A DNA stretch of 64,000 nucleotides, taken from a virus. The DNA lies in IMG/VR virus record IMGVR_UViG_3300031949_000005, positions 103,641-167,640 of that record, one strand, 5' to 3'. How positions within the stretch are numbered: the stretch's first letter is position 1; each line of letters starts with the position of its first letter. Positions 19,724-31,200 of this stretch are shown here, in pieces. A model generated the notes under the pieces. The model saw nothing but the letters and a program-made list of their open reading frames with translations, was not told where the DNA came from and ran no database searches. Position numbers and translations under genes: made by a program.

Positions 19724-20020
19724 ATGCCGTATATTAAACAAGACAAAAGATTGCTATTTGATTCATTTATAAAGGAATTAACATTACAACTTCTTGAAAT
19801 ACATAGATTTATAGATAGTAGACAATTGGGAGGAAATTTAAATTACATAATTAGTAAAATTATTTTTGGTTTATGTGATAAAAATAAAGGCTGTGAATTA
19901 TCTTATGTCTTAATTAATGATATAATTGGAGCATTAGAAAATTGTAAACTCGAATTTACTAGGCGCATAACAATACCATACGAAGATACAAAAATTAAAG
20001 ATAATGGTGATATAATATAA
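19724..20020 (+). CDS. Conserved-looking phage hypothetical protein
   Basis: MPYI...GNLNYII...IGALE..KLEF.RR...PYED.KI..NGD pattern. Confidence 0.65.
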   Translation: MPYIKQDKRLLFDSFIKELTLQLLEIHRFIDSRQLGGNLNYIISKIIFGLCDKNKGCELSYVLINDIIGALENCKLEFTRRITIPYEDTKIKDNGDII

Positions 20021-20029
20021 GTGTATAAT
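20021..20029 (+). promoter_or_regulatory. GTGTATAAT promoter motif
   Basis: Immediately after the stop at 20020 and before ORF 20032. Confidence 0.55.
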
Positions 20030-20031
20030 AT

Positions 20032-20217
20032 ATGGAAATGAAAAAGAATAAGTTAGACCTAGAAATAATATCTTCTATATCGAGCCCAAATGTTTGGACT
20101 CCAGAAAAAGAAGATGAATGGTTAAAGCAACCAGCGAGAGAGTTGGTTAAGAGATTTCCTCCTATGAATAAACCATTACACATATCATTTGTCGCCAAGA
20201 AAAAGTCTTGGTTATAA
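20032..20217 (+). CDS. Small hypothetical protein
   Basis: TAATG coupling to phoH. Confidence 0.45.
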   Translation: MEMKKNKLDLEIISSISSPNVWTPEKEDEWLKQPARELVKRFPPMNKPLHISFVAKKKSWL

Positions 20218-21143
20218 TGAATACAACCATAAATTACGACGCCGGACAAAGAGTAAGTATCTTCGGTAAATCGGATAGACATTTAAAATATTTATCAAAT
20301 AAATTAAGAATAAAAATAGTTATCAATAAAAATCAAATTAATATACATGGAGAAAACGAGACTACGGTAAAAAAAGCACATAATGTTATACAAGAATTAG
20401 TAAATATTTCTAAACAACAGAATATAACAAAATCTATAATAGATTCAATTCTTGATTCTATTGAATTAAAAAAAATACCAAATTCATTAACAAATTTTAA
20501 TGGCACCATAATACCTAAAACAGATGGTCAATCAGAATATATAAAAAATATATTAACCAAAGAATTGATATTCTGTGTAGGACCGGCAGGAACTGGAAAA
20601 ACATATCTAGCAGTGGCGGCGGCTGTGTCCTTTATTAAAAATCATCAATTTGACAGAATATTACTTGTTCGTCCTGCCATAGAAGCTGGTGAAAAACTTG
20701 GATATTTACCTGGTGATATTAATGAAAAATTAAATCCATATATGATACCATTTTTTGATGCACTTATGGATATGATGAGTCCAGATCTTTTGAATAAATT
20801 TATTAATAATAAAATAATAGAAATTGCACCAATAGGTTTTATGAGAGGTAGAACATTTAATAATTGTATAGTAGTTATGGACGAGGCACAAAATTCGACA
20901 AAAGAACAAATGTTAATGTTTTTAACAAGAATGGGCCAAAACTGTAAAATGATAGTTACTGGAGATACTTCCCAGGTAGATATTGATGTTAAAAGACAAT
21001 CGAGTGGTCTTATTGATGCTACTAAAAGGTTAGATAAAATAGACAAAATAGCTATCACTTATTTAAAACAAGAAGATATTGTAAGAAATCAGCTTGTTGA
21101 AGCAATAATAACTGCATATCAAAATAATAATTTGGGTGTATAA
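20217..21143 (+). CDS. phoH: PhoH-family ATPase with a KH-like N-terminus
   Basis: GPAGTGKTYLA, RPAIEAGEKLGYLPGD, MRGRTF, DEAQN, TGDTSQVD. Confidence 0.95.
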   Translation: MNTTINYDAGQRVSIFGKSDRHLKYLSNKLRIKIVINKNQINIHGENETTVKKAHNVIQELVNISKQQNITKSIIDSILDSIELKKIPNSLTNFNGTIIPKTDGQSEYIKNILTKELIFCVGPAGTGKTYLAVAAAVSFIKNHQFDRILLVRPAIEAGEKLGYLPGDINEKLNPYMIPFFDALMDMMSPDLLNKFINNKIIEIAPIGFMRGRTFNNCIVVMDEAQNSTKEQMLMFLTRMGQNCKMIVTGDTSQVDIDVKRQSSGLIDATKRLDKIDKIAITYLKQEDIVRNQLVEAIITAYQNNNLGV

Positions 21144-21144
21144 T
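21136..21144 (+). promoter_or_regulatory. GTGTATAAT motif overlapping the phoH stop codon
   Basis: GGT GTA TAA T at the point where tail genes resume. Confidence 0.55.
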
Positions 21145-21185
21145 TAAATAGGAAAATTTTAGGATTTTGGGCCAATTTATTTAAA

Positions 21186-22310
21186 TTGACCGAGGAACTA
21201 ATGGACCATTTCGAATTAGAAAAATTGATTCATACTATATCTTGGGGTAAGATTTTTTTTACATACCATGGGTCCGATAATAATTTAATTGATTTTATAT
21301 TAGTGCCGCCTTCGTTAGAAAATCTTAATATGTCTAACAAGATTTATGAAGATTCTTTTAAGTATGCATTATCCATGGAATTATTAAAAGAAAATGAATT
21401 ACTTGAAGAACATAAAAATATTGGTATATTATGGTCTGATAGAATAGAAGAAGAAATAGAGGGAATTAAGAATGATATACAAAAAATTAAAAGACAATTA
21501 ATAAATTATTGTACCCAAAAAATTAAACTTGCAAGATTAAAACAATTGTTAAGAAATGCGGAAAAATCTCTTATAGAAAGAATTATAAAAAAACATGAAA
21601 TTATAAAAAATAGCGCAGAATTTTATGCATTAACCAATAAACAAAGATATCTAATAGGTAGAATAACAAGAAATTCAAATTATGATTTATTTTGGAATAA
21701 TCCAGAAGATTTCGATAAAGAAACGGATATTGGTCTTGTTAATAAATTAACTCTTAAGTTCTTCGATGAATCTATTATATCTAATGCTATTATAAGAAAA
21801 ATAGCTAGATCTAATTTTTGGAGACAAATATGGTGTGCTTCTAAAATAACTGGGAATATCTTTGAAGGTTCTCCAGTTCTATGGACATTTAATCAAAGGG
21901 AATTAGTATACTGGTCATATATATATGATATGGTATTTGAAGCTTATGAGCGACCACCATCATTTATTATCGAAGATGATGATTTAATGGATTCATGGTT
22001 TATGCAACAATCAGAGAAAGTAGAATCTAGAACATCTAAAGATATGATCAGTGGTAATATAAAAGATTCCAAAAAGAGAGGTACTGATAAACAAGAATTA
22101 TTTATAATGGCCGATAGGGAAGGTGCTAAAGACGTTTATGGATTAAATGATCCCCAAACAAGATTAAGAATTCAAAAGACACAAGAAATTACTAAAAAAT
22201 TAGGCAAAGTAGAAGAACAAAATTTGCCTGATAGTAAGATACAAATAAGATCAAAAGCCATGGAAATGCAAAGAGCACATATAAAAGGAAAAAAATCTCG
22301 TGGAAGATAA
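21186..22310 (+). CDS. Putative tail assembly chaperone-like protein
   Basis: Helical/coiled-coil; YDMVFE...PP..IIEDDDLMDSW motif; upstream of the tape measure. Confidence 0.45.
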   Translation: MTEELMDHFELEKLIHTISWGKIFFTYHGSDNNLIDFILVPPSLENLNMSNKIYEDSFKYALSMELLKENELLEEHKNIGILWSDRIEEEIEGIKNDIQKIKRQLINYCTQKIKLARLKQLLRNAEKSLIERIIKKHEIIKNSAEFYALTNKQRYLIGRITRNSNYDLFWNNPEDFDKETDIGLVNKLTLKFFDESIISNAIIRKIARSNFWRQIWCASKITGNIFEGSPVLWTFNQRELVYWSYIYDMVFEAYERPPSFIIEDDDLMDSWFMQQSEKVESRTSKDMISGNIKDSKKRGTDKQELFIMADREGAKDVYGLNDPQTRLRIQKTQEITKKLGKVEEQNLPDSKIQIRSKAMEMQRAHIKGKKSRGR

Positions 22311-22641
22311 AGCTATAAAAAAAGAAAAAATTCAACAATCAATTAAAGATAGGTTTAAAAGAATTATTAACACTAAATTAGAAACATGTTTTATATTTGC
22401 TTTGTCGGAGATGGAAAGGATTTTTGGGAACAAGTTATGGGGGCATAATTTGTCAGAAGATAAGCTAACAGACACACAAAAGGAAAATAGAGAAAAATGG
22501 AAAGAAATTAGACTCAATATATTGAATAATGGTAATCAACAACGTAGATCATTAATATCAGAACTTGATTTACATGATATGATTTTTATAGGATATAGAA
22601 TTGAAACTAGGAGAAAAAAATGCAAAGAAACAGAGAATTAG
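22300..22641 (+). CDS. Small basic protein (possible tail chaperone)
   Basis: GTG start overlapping the previous gene; 3' end runs across an A7 tract. Confidence 0.5.
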   Translation: MEDKAIKKEKIQQSIKDRFKRIINTKLETCFIFALSEMERIFGNKLWGHNLSEDKLTDTQKENREKWKEIRLNILNNGNQQRRSLISELDLHDMIFIGYRIETRRKKCKETEN

Positions 22642-23459
22642 TAAAAACTATTGATACCGATGGAAAAGAATTGGAACTAATTGTTTTGTATCCAACACAT
22701 AAGATAGCACAAGAGGCTAACTTACAATATAACTTAAAAGTATCTAATTTAATAAGAACTAGTGGTAAAACTGGAGAAAGATTGTTATTAAGATCAGAGA
22801 TTAATACTTATTTGGTTACAACTGGTATATGGACAAAAGAAGATGCTATAGAAATGGAAAATCTTGGTTTAAAAATTCGTGCTTGTGAATTTAAAGTAAA
22901 ACAAGGTGGTATAAAAATAAGCGAGGCAAGAGAATTTGCTATAACCATGGGTGAATTCAGAAATAGAATGCTAGTTCTATATAATAAAAGACAACAATTA
23001 GATTCGGCTACGGTAGAATCTGTCGCAGAAAATCATAAATTTAATTTTTTGGTATCAAAATGTTCTGTTCTTGCTAATTCTGAATTACCATATTTTATGG
23101 ACCTGAATGATTATATGGAAAGATCTGATGAACAGGCTTCTATAGATTGTGCTAATACAATGGCAAAAATTCTATATGGATTTGATAAAAATGTTTCCGC
23201 CAATTTATTCGAAGTCAAATGGTTGAAAGAAGCTGGTTTTGTCGATGAAAATGGTAGATATATTAATCAGGAAAAGAAATTAGTTGATAGAAATAATAGA
23301 CTAATTGATAAAGAAGGTAGATTTATAAACAATGATGGTGAATTTATAGATATTAATGGTGTCAAGGTTGATGGAAATGGTAATCTTGTTGTGACAGAAA
23401 CTCGTCCATTTATTGATGATAATACTGGACAAGAAATATCTATATGTATTAAGGAATAG
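22620..23459 (+). CDS. Putative tail assembly chaperone with C-terminal short D-x-x-G repeats
   Basis: Directly upstream of the tape measure; VDENGRYIN...IDKEGRFINNDGEFIDINGVKVDGNGNLV. Confidence 0.5.
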   Translation: MQRNRELVKTIDTDGKELELIVLYPTHKIAQEANLQYNLKVSNLIRTSGKTGERLLLRSEINTYLVTTGIWTKEDAIEMENLGLKIRACEFKVKQGGIKISEAREFAITMGEFRNRMLVLYNKRQQLDSATVESVAENHKFNFLVSKCSVLANSELPYFMDLNDYMERSDEQASIDCANTMAKILYGFDKNVSANLFEVKWLKEAGFVDENGRYINQEKKLVDRNNRLIDKEGRFINNDGEFIDINGVKVDGNGNLVVTETRPFIDDNTGQEISICIKE

Positions 23460-23468
23460 TGGTATATA

Positions 23469-26400
23469 ATGGCTTCTCCTTTTGTACTTGATGTTAATTT
23501 AAGAATAAATGAGATTATTGGGCTTGAAAAAATCAAGCAACAACTTTCTCAATCTTTTGCTACTAATGTTGGTGCTACTGGCGGCGGTGCCGCAAAACCC
23601 AGTACAACTGCTTCAACATTATCTCAATTATCAACAGCGGGATTAGCACAGTCTACCGCTAATTTAAATAAATTTTCTCAAGCTGGGACCAATGCCGCTA
23701 CTTCTGTAACAAAAGTATCAACAGCAGTCACACAAGGAGCAAAAGCCGCCACGACTTATGCCGATTCGGTATTCCTAGCTGGTAGAAGATATTCTGCATT
23801 CGTTCTTGCGACATCTGTACCATTTGCGGGTATTGCGGTTTTAAAATCTGCTACCGAATCTGTTATAGAATTCGATAGAGCTATTACTAAATTAGATCAG
23901 GTTTTACAACAACCAAGAGCAAATATAGAGGCATTGAGAAGTGATATTATAAAGCTTTCTACAACAACAGGAACTTCTATAAAAGATCTTTCTGAAGCAT
24001 CATTGACACTAGCCCAAGCAGGATTCTTTGAAAGTGGTCAAGATTTTGCCAAATTCCTTGAACCATTATCTAAAATACCATTACTACCAACTTTTAAAGA
24101 TATTGATCAAGCCGTAGAAGGTGTTATTGCATCATTATCACAATTTAAGAACGAAGGTCTTGATACGGCAATCGTATTAGATAAATTAACTGCTGTGGCA
24201 GATAAATTTGCCGTAGAATCACAAGACTTAATTGATGTTGTACAACGTGCTGGTGGTACATTTGCTCAGGTTGGTGGAAATTTTGATGAATTATTAGCGA
24301 TATTTACTGCTATTAGAGCTACAACAAGAGAAAGTTCCGAAGCTGTTGCAACTGCTTTAAGAAATATTACTGCAAGATTGGCAAGGCCAGCTACTGTTAA
24401 TTTTCTTGAAGGTATAGGTGTTGCCACAAGAGATGCGGAGGGGCAATTATTAGGAGTATTAAGATTATTTGAAAATATATCTCAAGTATTTCAACAATCT
24501 AGTAAGGAACAACAAGCGTTAATAGCGGATCAACTTGGTGGTATCAGAAATATAAGCCGTGTATTTGCTGCATTAAATAATACTGATTTAATTAACCAGG
24601 TATTAGAAGTATCAAGAAGTGCTGCTGGTGCTGTTGATAAAAGCGCCGAAAAGGCTTTACAAAGTCTAGGCGTACAAATAGATATAATGACAGCAAAGTT
24701 TCAAGCCCTAGCACAATCTTTGGCTGCACCAGTTTTTATACCATTAATTCAAGGATTAACAATAGCAGGAACTGTTTTAAGTGAATTTATAGGTCTTATT
24801 GGTCCAGCTTTACCATTACTTGGTAAATTAGGCGCATTAATAGCTGGATTAACTGGTTTAAATTTCGTAGCTTCAAGAATAGGGGCTATCGCAAGTACCT
24901 TATCGAAAATATCTACACCAGGTATCTTTGGGTTATCTCAAGCCGGAACTACTGGTGCTGATAGAGATAGAGAAACAGTAAGACGAAGATTGGGTCTTGG
25001 TGGCGCTGGTGCCGAAGTTTCTCCGATATCTGGTATAGGCGCTGCATTAACGTCACCCGTTGGTCAATTAGCCGGATTATTTGCTCTTAATGCTATAGCT
25101 GGAAATATTTCTGAAGCATTTAGTAAAACTGATGATAGTTTAATTAAACTTGGTGCTAGTGCATTACAGGCAACAACTACCTTCATAGGCTTTGCATCAA
25201 TCATATCTGGTAATAGTGTTATTGATTTACTTAAAAGTTCTCTTGGTCAAGCATTAGCCGGTGGGGCATTAATTAGTAGTTTCGCTATAGCTGCCGCTAC
25301 TCAAAAACAAGTTAATATTGATTCTTTGGTTGATAAGGCAGCACAAGAATTATCTAAAATTAAAATAACCGCAACTAGACCAGACGAAGCCCTTAACCAA
25401 GGATTGGATGTTATTACATCGAAAGTAGCAGATCTTTTTAATTCTGCTGCTGATGAATTTGATACGAGTACACTTTCTGGACTTTTTGGGTCTTTTGGAA
25501 AGAGTCTTAGTGCATTGTTATCTGCTGATATACCAACAGCATTGGGTCTAAATTTATCTGAATTATTCGGTGAAGGCATACATATAACAGAGACACAAGC
25601 TAATGACATATTAGATAAGATTATTGGTTCTAATCCAGAAATTTTGTCATCTATAATAAATAATTCAATACTAGAATTTGGCGCTAATTTTGTAGAAGGA
25701 TTAGATAATGAATTATCAAAAAGATTAATCGGTTTAGTCCCTAACCCAGAAGAAGTAGGAAGAGCTATAAGGGGTAGAGCGATAGAGAGGGCTGGTGGAT
25801 TTGATCAGATAGCCGCCAATAAAGTAAGACTCGAAAGAGAACAAGTTGAAAAACAATTAACACAACAAGTTAAAAATATAGGTGATCAATTATCTAGATT
25901 AATTATACCAGAAAGATTATCATCAGATCTTATTGAATTGTCAGAAGCTGTTAAAAGAACTGTTAATAATATTGATTCAAGTGTTAATGCTTTTGAAGGG
26001 TTAACTGGAACAATAGGACAATTACGATCGCCCCAATTACCAACAAGTTTAACAACAGAATCGGTTAGAAGAGGATTACAATCTAGGGGATCAGAACTTC
26101 TTGGTGGTGATTTATCTGGTCTTAGTGAAGCTACACAAACGGTTATACAAATCCAAGATACCATAAAGAATTTTATTCAATCATTAACGGCGTCAAAAGA
26201 ATTAGCGAGAACAACTGGTGGTGTTTCACCAGAAGATATATTGTCTGAATTTACAGATAATTTTTTAAGTCAAACAAAAGGTTTAACACCCGAAGTACAG
26301 GATGCTGTTAAACAGGCTTCTTCTTTCTTGGCATTACAACTTGGGGATGCGTTAAGTGCTTCTAAATTTGGATTAGATGAATCTGCTATTAAATCTGCTA

Positions 26401-28292
26401 CAGATAGTGTTCTAGGATCATTAGTTACCTTTTCGGATTCCGTGGTAGAACAGGTAAAAGCACAATTAGAGGCGCAATTAAGATTAACAAATGCTCAATT
26501 ATCAGCAGGAACCATAGAATCAGAGTTATTTAGATCTGATACTAGTCGTCCATTTACACAACTTGAAAGATTTGTTGATACATTAAATAATTTAGGTTTT
26601 GATACGGCAGAATTACCAGTCGGGGATTTTAAAGAAACATTAGCTGGATTTGGAACCGATGTTGAATTTAGTCAAATTCTTGTTGAAAAATTAAGTAAGG
26701 CATTATCTGATCAAGATTCTTCATACGCCAAATTGCAATCAGCCAGTTTAACAAATGTTGGTGATATTAATGAATTAACTAAAACATATATAGATTCAGC
26801 AACACAGGTAAGATTAGTAAAAGAAGCATTAGATACTTTGGGTAAAGCTGCCGATTTAGCGGCATCACAAATAACCGATGAAACGCCTGGGGCACAAGGA
26901 CAAAGAGAAAATATAGAATTAGTGAAAGAAACAGTTTCTCTTGCTGCTAAATTAGAGGAATTAAGGGCGGCAGAAAGAGAATCTTCTATATTTGTTAGCG
27001 CACAAGAAAGATTTAGTGTCAGCGTTTCTGAGTTTAGAGATTCTGTATTTGCGTTTTCTAGGCCAGCACAGCCTGGTGAAATTACACCAGCTATGTTAGC
27101 TCGTGGTGGTGATGTAACAGCTATCAGTCCTCCCAGTGCTACTGATATTAGAACATTTCCTGGTCGTGGTGGATTTGAAGTAGTACAACAAGAATCTTCT
27201 CAAATATTAGCTATACAAGAAGAAGTCAAGAATATATTAAGAGAACAATTAGCTTTTCAAAAAAGTAATGCTGCTCCTTTAACAGCATTTCAAACAACCA
27301 AACCAATAGAACAACAAACACGAGATGCCATAGAAGGTACTCTATCGACTATATTAGAAAGAAATCAAAAGGGAATCGGACCATTACAAGCACTTCAGAA
27401 TATAGAAGATCTTAGAAAAAATTTACAAATAACTATTCCTGATAATGAAATTGATAAATTGCAAATTAAACTTTCTCCAACTTTGGAAAATTTCTTACGT
27501 GGAGGAACCGGAATTCCTACAACGAATAATACTAATGTTCCTACTTCTATTGATAAAACAATTGGTTTTGATTTAGAAGAACCAATTAGTCAAATCAACC
27601 AAGCTTCCGAGATTCTTTCATTATCTGCTGATAAAAATACAGTTAGTACAGAAAGTTTTGCTCTTGGTACAGAAATTTTTAAATTAGGCACCGAATCATT
27701 AAATGATTTTATTAATACATTTGGTTCTGCTATAGATAATTTATCGGCAATAATAAATATACCACAAGAAACATTAGGACAAGAACAATTAGTGGGGAAT
27801 ATACCAAATATACAAGAAACTGGGACAAGTCAACAAACGACAGAAGCAATTGATGGACTTAGTGTTCGATTAGAAGAATTAGCTTCCGCTATTCAGGATC
27901 AAAATGCGGTTCAATCGGATATAATAGAAAACCAACAAGATCAGACTCCATTAGAGATTGACGGATTGGCAGAAGTTTCTCAAGCTACTGTAGAGAATTC
28001 TTCGGTTTTAGAAAATACGAATGAAAATATAACTGGATTAACTACAGAATTATCGAAAACACAACAAGCAATAGCACAAGGAGTAAATCTTAGGCTCGAT
28101 GCTGTTCAACAAATAAATGTTGATGTTACTGGTTTTTCTGAAGAAATTTCTGGGTTAAGAGAAGAAATGGAACTAATAGCCACAAGAGCAGCCCAGGAAC
28201 AATTATCCAATGCTTTATCAAGACTGGCTTCTACAGCTACTGATAGCGAAGGATTTAAATTATTTTCTGATGCCAGAGAAGGATTGGGATAA
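23469..28292 (+). CDS. Tail tape measure protein
   Basis: 1607 aa, Ala/Leu/Ser-rich and helical; TP901-like core (EFDRAITKL...LAQAG...DKLTAVADKFAVES.DL...ATALRNI.ARL). Confidence 0.9.
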   Translation: MASPFVLDVNLRINEIIGLEKIKQQLSQSFATNVGATGGGAAKPSTTASTLSQLSTAGLAQSTANLNKFSQAGTNAATSVTKVSTAVTQGAKAATTYADSVFLAGRRYSAFVLATSVPFAGIAVLKSATESVIEFDRAITKLDQVLQQPRANIEALRSDIIKLSTTTGTSIKDLSEASLTLAQAGFFESGQDFAKFLEPLSKIPLLPTFKDIDQAVEGVIASLSQFKNEGLDTAIVLDKLTAVADKFAVESQDLIDVVQRAGGTFAQVGGNFDELLAIFTAIRATTRESSEAVATALRNITARLARPATVNFLEGIGVATRDAEGQLLGVLRLFENISQVFQQSSKEQQALIADQLGGIRNISRVFAALNNTDLINQVLEVSRSAAGAVDKSAEKALQSLGVQIDIMTAKFQALAQSLAAPVFIPLIQGLTIAGTVLSEFIGLIGPALPLLGKLGALIAGLTGLNFVASRIGAIASTLSKISTPGIFGLSQAGTTGADRDRETVRRRLGLGGAGAEVSPISGIGAALTSPVGQLAGLFALNAIAGNISEAFSKTDDSLIKLGASALQATTTFIGFASIISGNSVIDLLKSSLGQALAGGALISSFAIAAATQKQVNIDSLVDKAAQELSKIKITATRPDEALNQGLDVITSKVADLFNSAADEFDTSTLSGLFGSFGKSLSALLSADIPTALGLNLSELFGEGIHITETQANDILDKIIGSNPEILSSIINNSILEFGANFVEGLDNELSKRLIGLVPNPEEVGRAIRGRAIERAGGFDQIAANKVRLEREQVEKQLTQQVKNIGDQLSRLIIPERLSSDLIELSEAVKRTVNNIDSSVNAFEGLTGTIGQLRSPQLPTSLTTESVRRGLQSRGSELLGGDLSGLSEATQTVIQIQDTIKNFIQSLTASKELARTTGGVSPEDILSEFTDNFLSQTKGLTPEVQDAVKQASSFLALQLGDALSASKFGLDESAIKSATDSVLGSLVTFSDSVVEQVKAQLEAQLRLTNAQLSAGTIESELFRSDTSRPFTQLERFVDTLNNLGFDTAELPVGDFKETLAGFGTDVEFSQILVEKLSKALSDQDSSYAKLQSASLTNVGDINELTKTYIDSATQVRLVKEALDTLGKAADLAASQITDETPGAQGQRENIELVKETVSLAAKLEELRAAERESSIFVSAQERFSVSVSEFRDSVFAFSRPAQPGEITPAMLARGGDVTAISPPSATDIRTFPGRGGFEVVQQESSQILAIQEEVKNILREQLAFQKSNAAPLTAFQTTKPIEQQTRDAIEGTLSTILERNQKGIGPLQALQNIEDLRKNLQITIPDNEIDKLQIKLSPTLENFLRGGTGIPTTNNTNVPTSIDKTIGFDLEEPISQINQASEILSLSADKNTVSTESFALGTEIFKLGTESLNDFINTFGSAIDNLSAIINIPQETLGQEQLVGNIPNIQETGTSQQTTEAIDGLSVRLEELASAIQDQNAVQSDIIENQQDQTPLEIDGLAEVSQATVENSSVLENTNENITGLTTELSKTQQAIAQGVNLRLDAVQQINVDVTGFSEEISGLREEMELIATRAAQEQLSNALSRLASTATDSEGFKLFSDAREGLG

Positions 28293-28295
28293 TAG

Positions 28296-31200
28296 ATGGC
28301 AAGATTAATTACAGCCGGTTTTGAAACTGGAATCAATCAAGAACTTTTTGCTAATCCCGATGTCGTTGCTACTACAATTACTGTAACTAATGGTGCTGGT
28401 CCAACAACATCTCAGGCTAAAAATGGTAATTATTCGTTAGCTTGTTTGAGTACACAACAAATAGCATTTGACCCAAAAGCAACAACAAACGAAGATGTTT
28501 TCTTTTGGAAGTTTTGGTTATTATATGAAAACGTAAGCGGACATGTAGATAGAACTATATGGAAAGATAGTGCTGCTGCATTAGGATATCATGCTAGACT
28601 ATGGATGAATACTAGTGGTCAATTGGTTTGTCAGGGGGCAAGCGATGGCGTTGCTATTGTTTCTGGAACAATGGTTCTTACCTCTGGCGTATGGTATGAA
28701 ATACAAATAGAATATAAAACATCTAATACTGGTTATATTAAAGTTTGGATAAATGGCGATTTAGAACTCAGTAATACTACAGACACAAAAAGAAGTACGG
28801 TATCACAGGGTAAATGGGAATTAGGACATACAGATGTCGGAAATAATTATTATTATGATGATATATTCTTAAATGACGAAGATACGTCTATAGAAAACTC
28901 AACCATCCCACTTGGACAAAAATTAGCATTTTTTATAGTAACCAGTGATGGTGATTTAGAACAATGGACTACTGTAAATCCATCAACCGCAGATCATTAT
29001 ACCAACGTTGACGAAATACCATTCTTTGTTGGTCTTGCTACTAGTACAGATAGAATAACATCTACCACATCTGGACAAGTAGACTTATTCAATTTAGATC
29101 AAATATCTGATGATATAACTTCTGAGTCAACTATTGATTATATTTATGTTCATGCTACAACAACACATAGTTCCGCCGCAAGACAAAGAGGGACTATTAG
29201 ATTAAGTAGCATGAATTTTACATATGGTACTGATTCTGGTTCCAATGGAACAAGTTTGAGACATAAATATGCTGTTTGGAGTACTAACCCATCCACATCT
29301 CTTCCGTGGATAAATACTGAATTAGATTCTATACAAATAGGTACAACATTGACAGCCGCTGGCGGAACAGCGCAACTTGGTAATATAGGGCTTTATGTTG
29401 AATACATAACTATTCCTACTATTAATGATAATATTACATTATATATGCAGGGTCCAATAGAACAAACAGATAATATCACTCTTGTTATATCTGGTCCAAT
29501 ACAAATCACTGATAATATTACATTATTTATAAATGGACATGAGACTAATAATGATAATATAACATTGTTTGAAAATGGACATGTAGATTTTAATGATAAT
29601 ATAAACTTATTTATAAATGGTCAAGATACTGAATCAGATAATATAACACTCTTTATTGGTGAACAAATATTCTTATTCAACGATAATATTGATTTATATA
29701 TACAGGGACCAATACAAGAAACCGATAATCAAACTTTATTTACACATGGACTAGATTCAGAAAATGATAACATAAACTTATTTGTTACTGGGCCAATAGA
29801 TTCTATAAAGATAGAAATTTTTAGACAATCTGTCAATACTTCTTCTGGTATACAAGATTTAATAAAAACAGATTTTGGTTTACCTAAAGCTGCTTTATTA
29901 TTTTTATCACGATCAGATACTGATGGTGTTTCAGATAATGATGCATGTTTTTCTATTGGTATCGTAGATAGTGAAAGACAAAGATCATTGGGTGTTAGTT
30001 CTGCCCATGGAGTAACCCCAACACTAACAAGGCAAATATTTAGTAGTCAAAAATGTATATTAATTCTTGATCCACAATCTGGGGTATTAGAAGCATCGGC
30101 GGAATTAGTTGAATTTATCGAAGATGGTATAAGAATTAATTGGTTAGAAGCGCCTTCTGGTGCTTATTTATTAAATGTAATATTATTTGGTGGAGAAAAT
30201 CTTAATGCTTATGTAAATACTTTTGGTACTCCTGCCGTAGTTAATAATTCAATTAATATTGGAGATCCTGGTTTCGAACCCGATCAATTGATTTGTTTCG
30301 GTAGACGAACAGGCAACGAAGATGTTATATCTAATGGTCCAACATATTCTCTTGGTCTTGCTGATAATGGCGCTACTTTAAAACAAAGATCAGTAGCATT
30401 TTTCAGCCCAAATTCTTCTGTGTTTGGCGAAGTAGCAGGACTAGTTAGAGAAGATTATATACTAAGTTTCTCCACTTTATCAACCATATTGAATTCGGCA
30501 GAAATTACTGCATTTAGCTCAAGTGGATTTACGGTATTTACTAGGGTGTCAAATGGTAGTGTTAGTGGTGCTTATCTGGCTCTTAGCTATAATGATGAGG
30601 TCCAACATTGGATTGACACTGTTCAGACGCCAACATCTCTTGGACAAACATCCTTCACTGGTCCAGGGTTTAAACCATCTTTTGTATTACAATTATTTTC
30701 TAGGATTAATACATTAAATACTATTAATGCTTCGGATAATGCTGCCTCAAAAGGTATAGGCATTTTTACAAATCCAACAGAATTTAGTTCAACAATATCC
30801 GAAAATTATGGATCTAATCCGACAGATACACAAAGCTTAAACGATAATCAGGCTGTTAATTTTCCATTTTCTGATGGATTAAGCGGTGTTGTTGCTTCAT
30901 TTGTATCAATGGACGTAAGTGGATGGACTTTAGATTTTTCTTCAGTAGATCTTACGTCTAGTAAATTCATGTCTTTGGCTGTCGAAGCAATACCCGTATT
31001 TGAAATAAATGATAATATAACATTATTTATAGTTGCTTCTGGCGAAACACAATCGTGGAATTTATATCTCGAAGTTGGACCGAATGATCTTACTAACACT
31101 ATAGAATTATTTACATACGGATCTCCAAGTGGAACATCATTTAGTTTTACATCCGATGATATAAATTTATATCTAGAATGTCAAGCAGATGAAGTAACTT

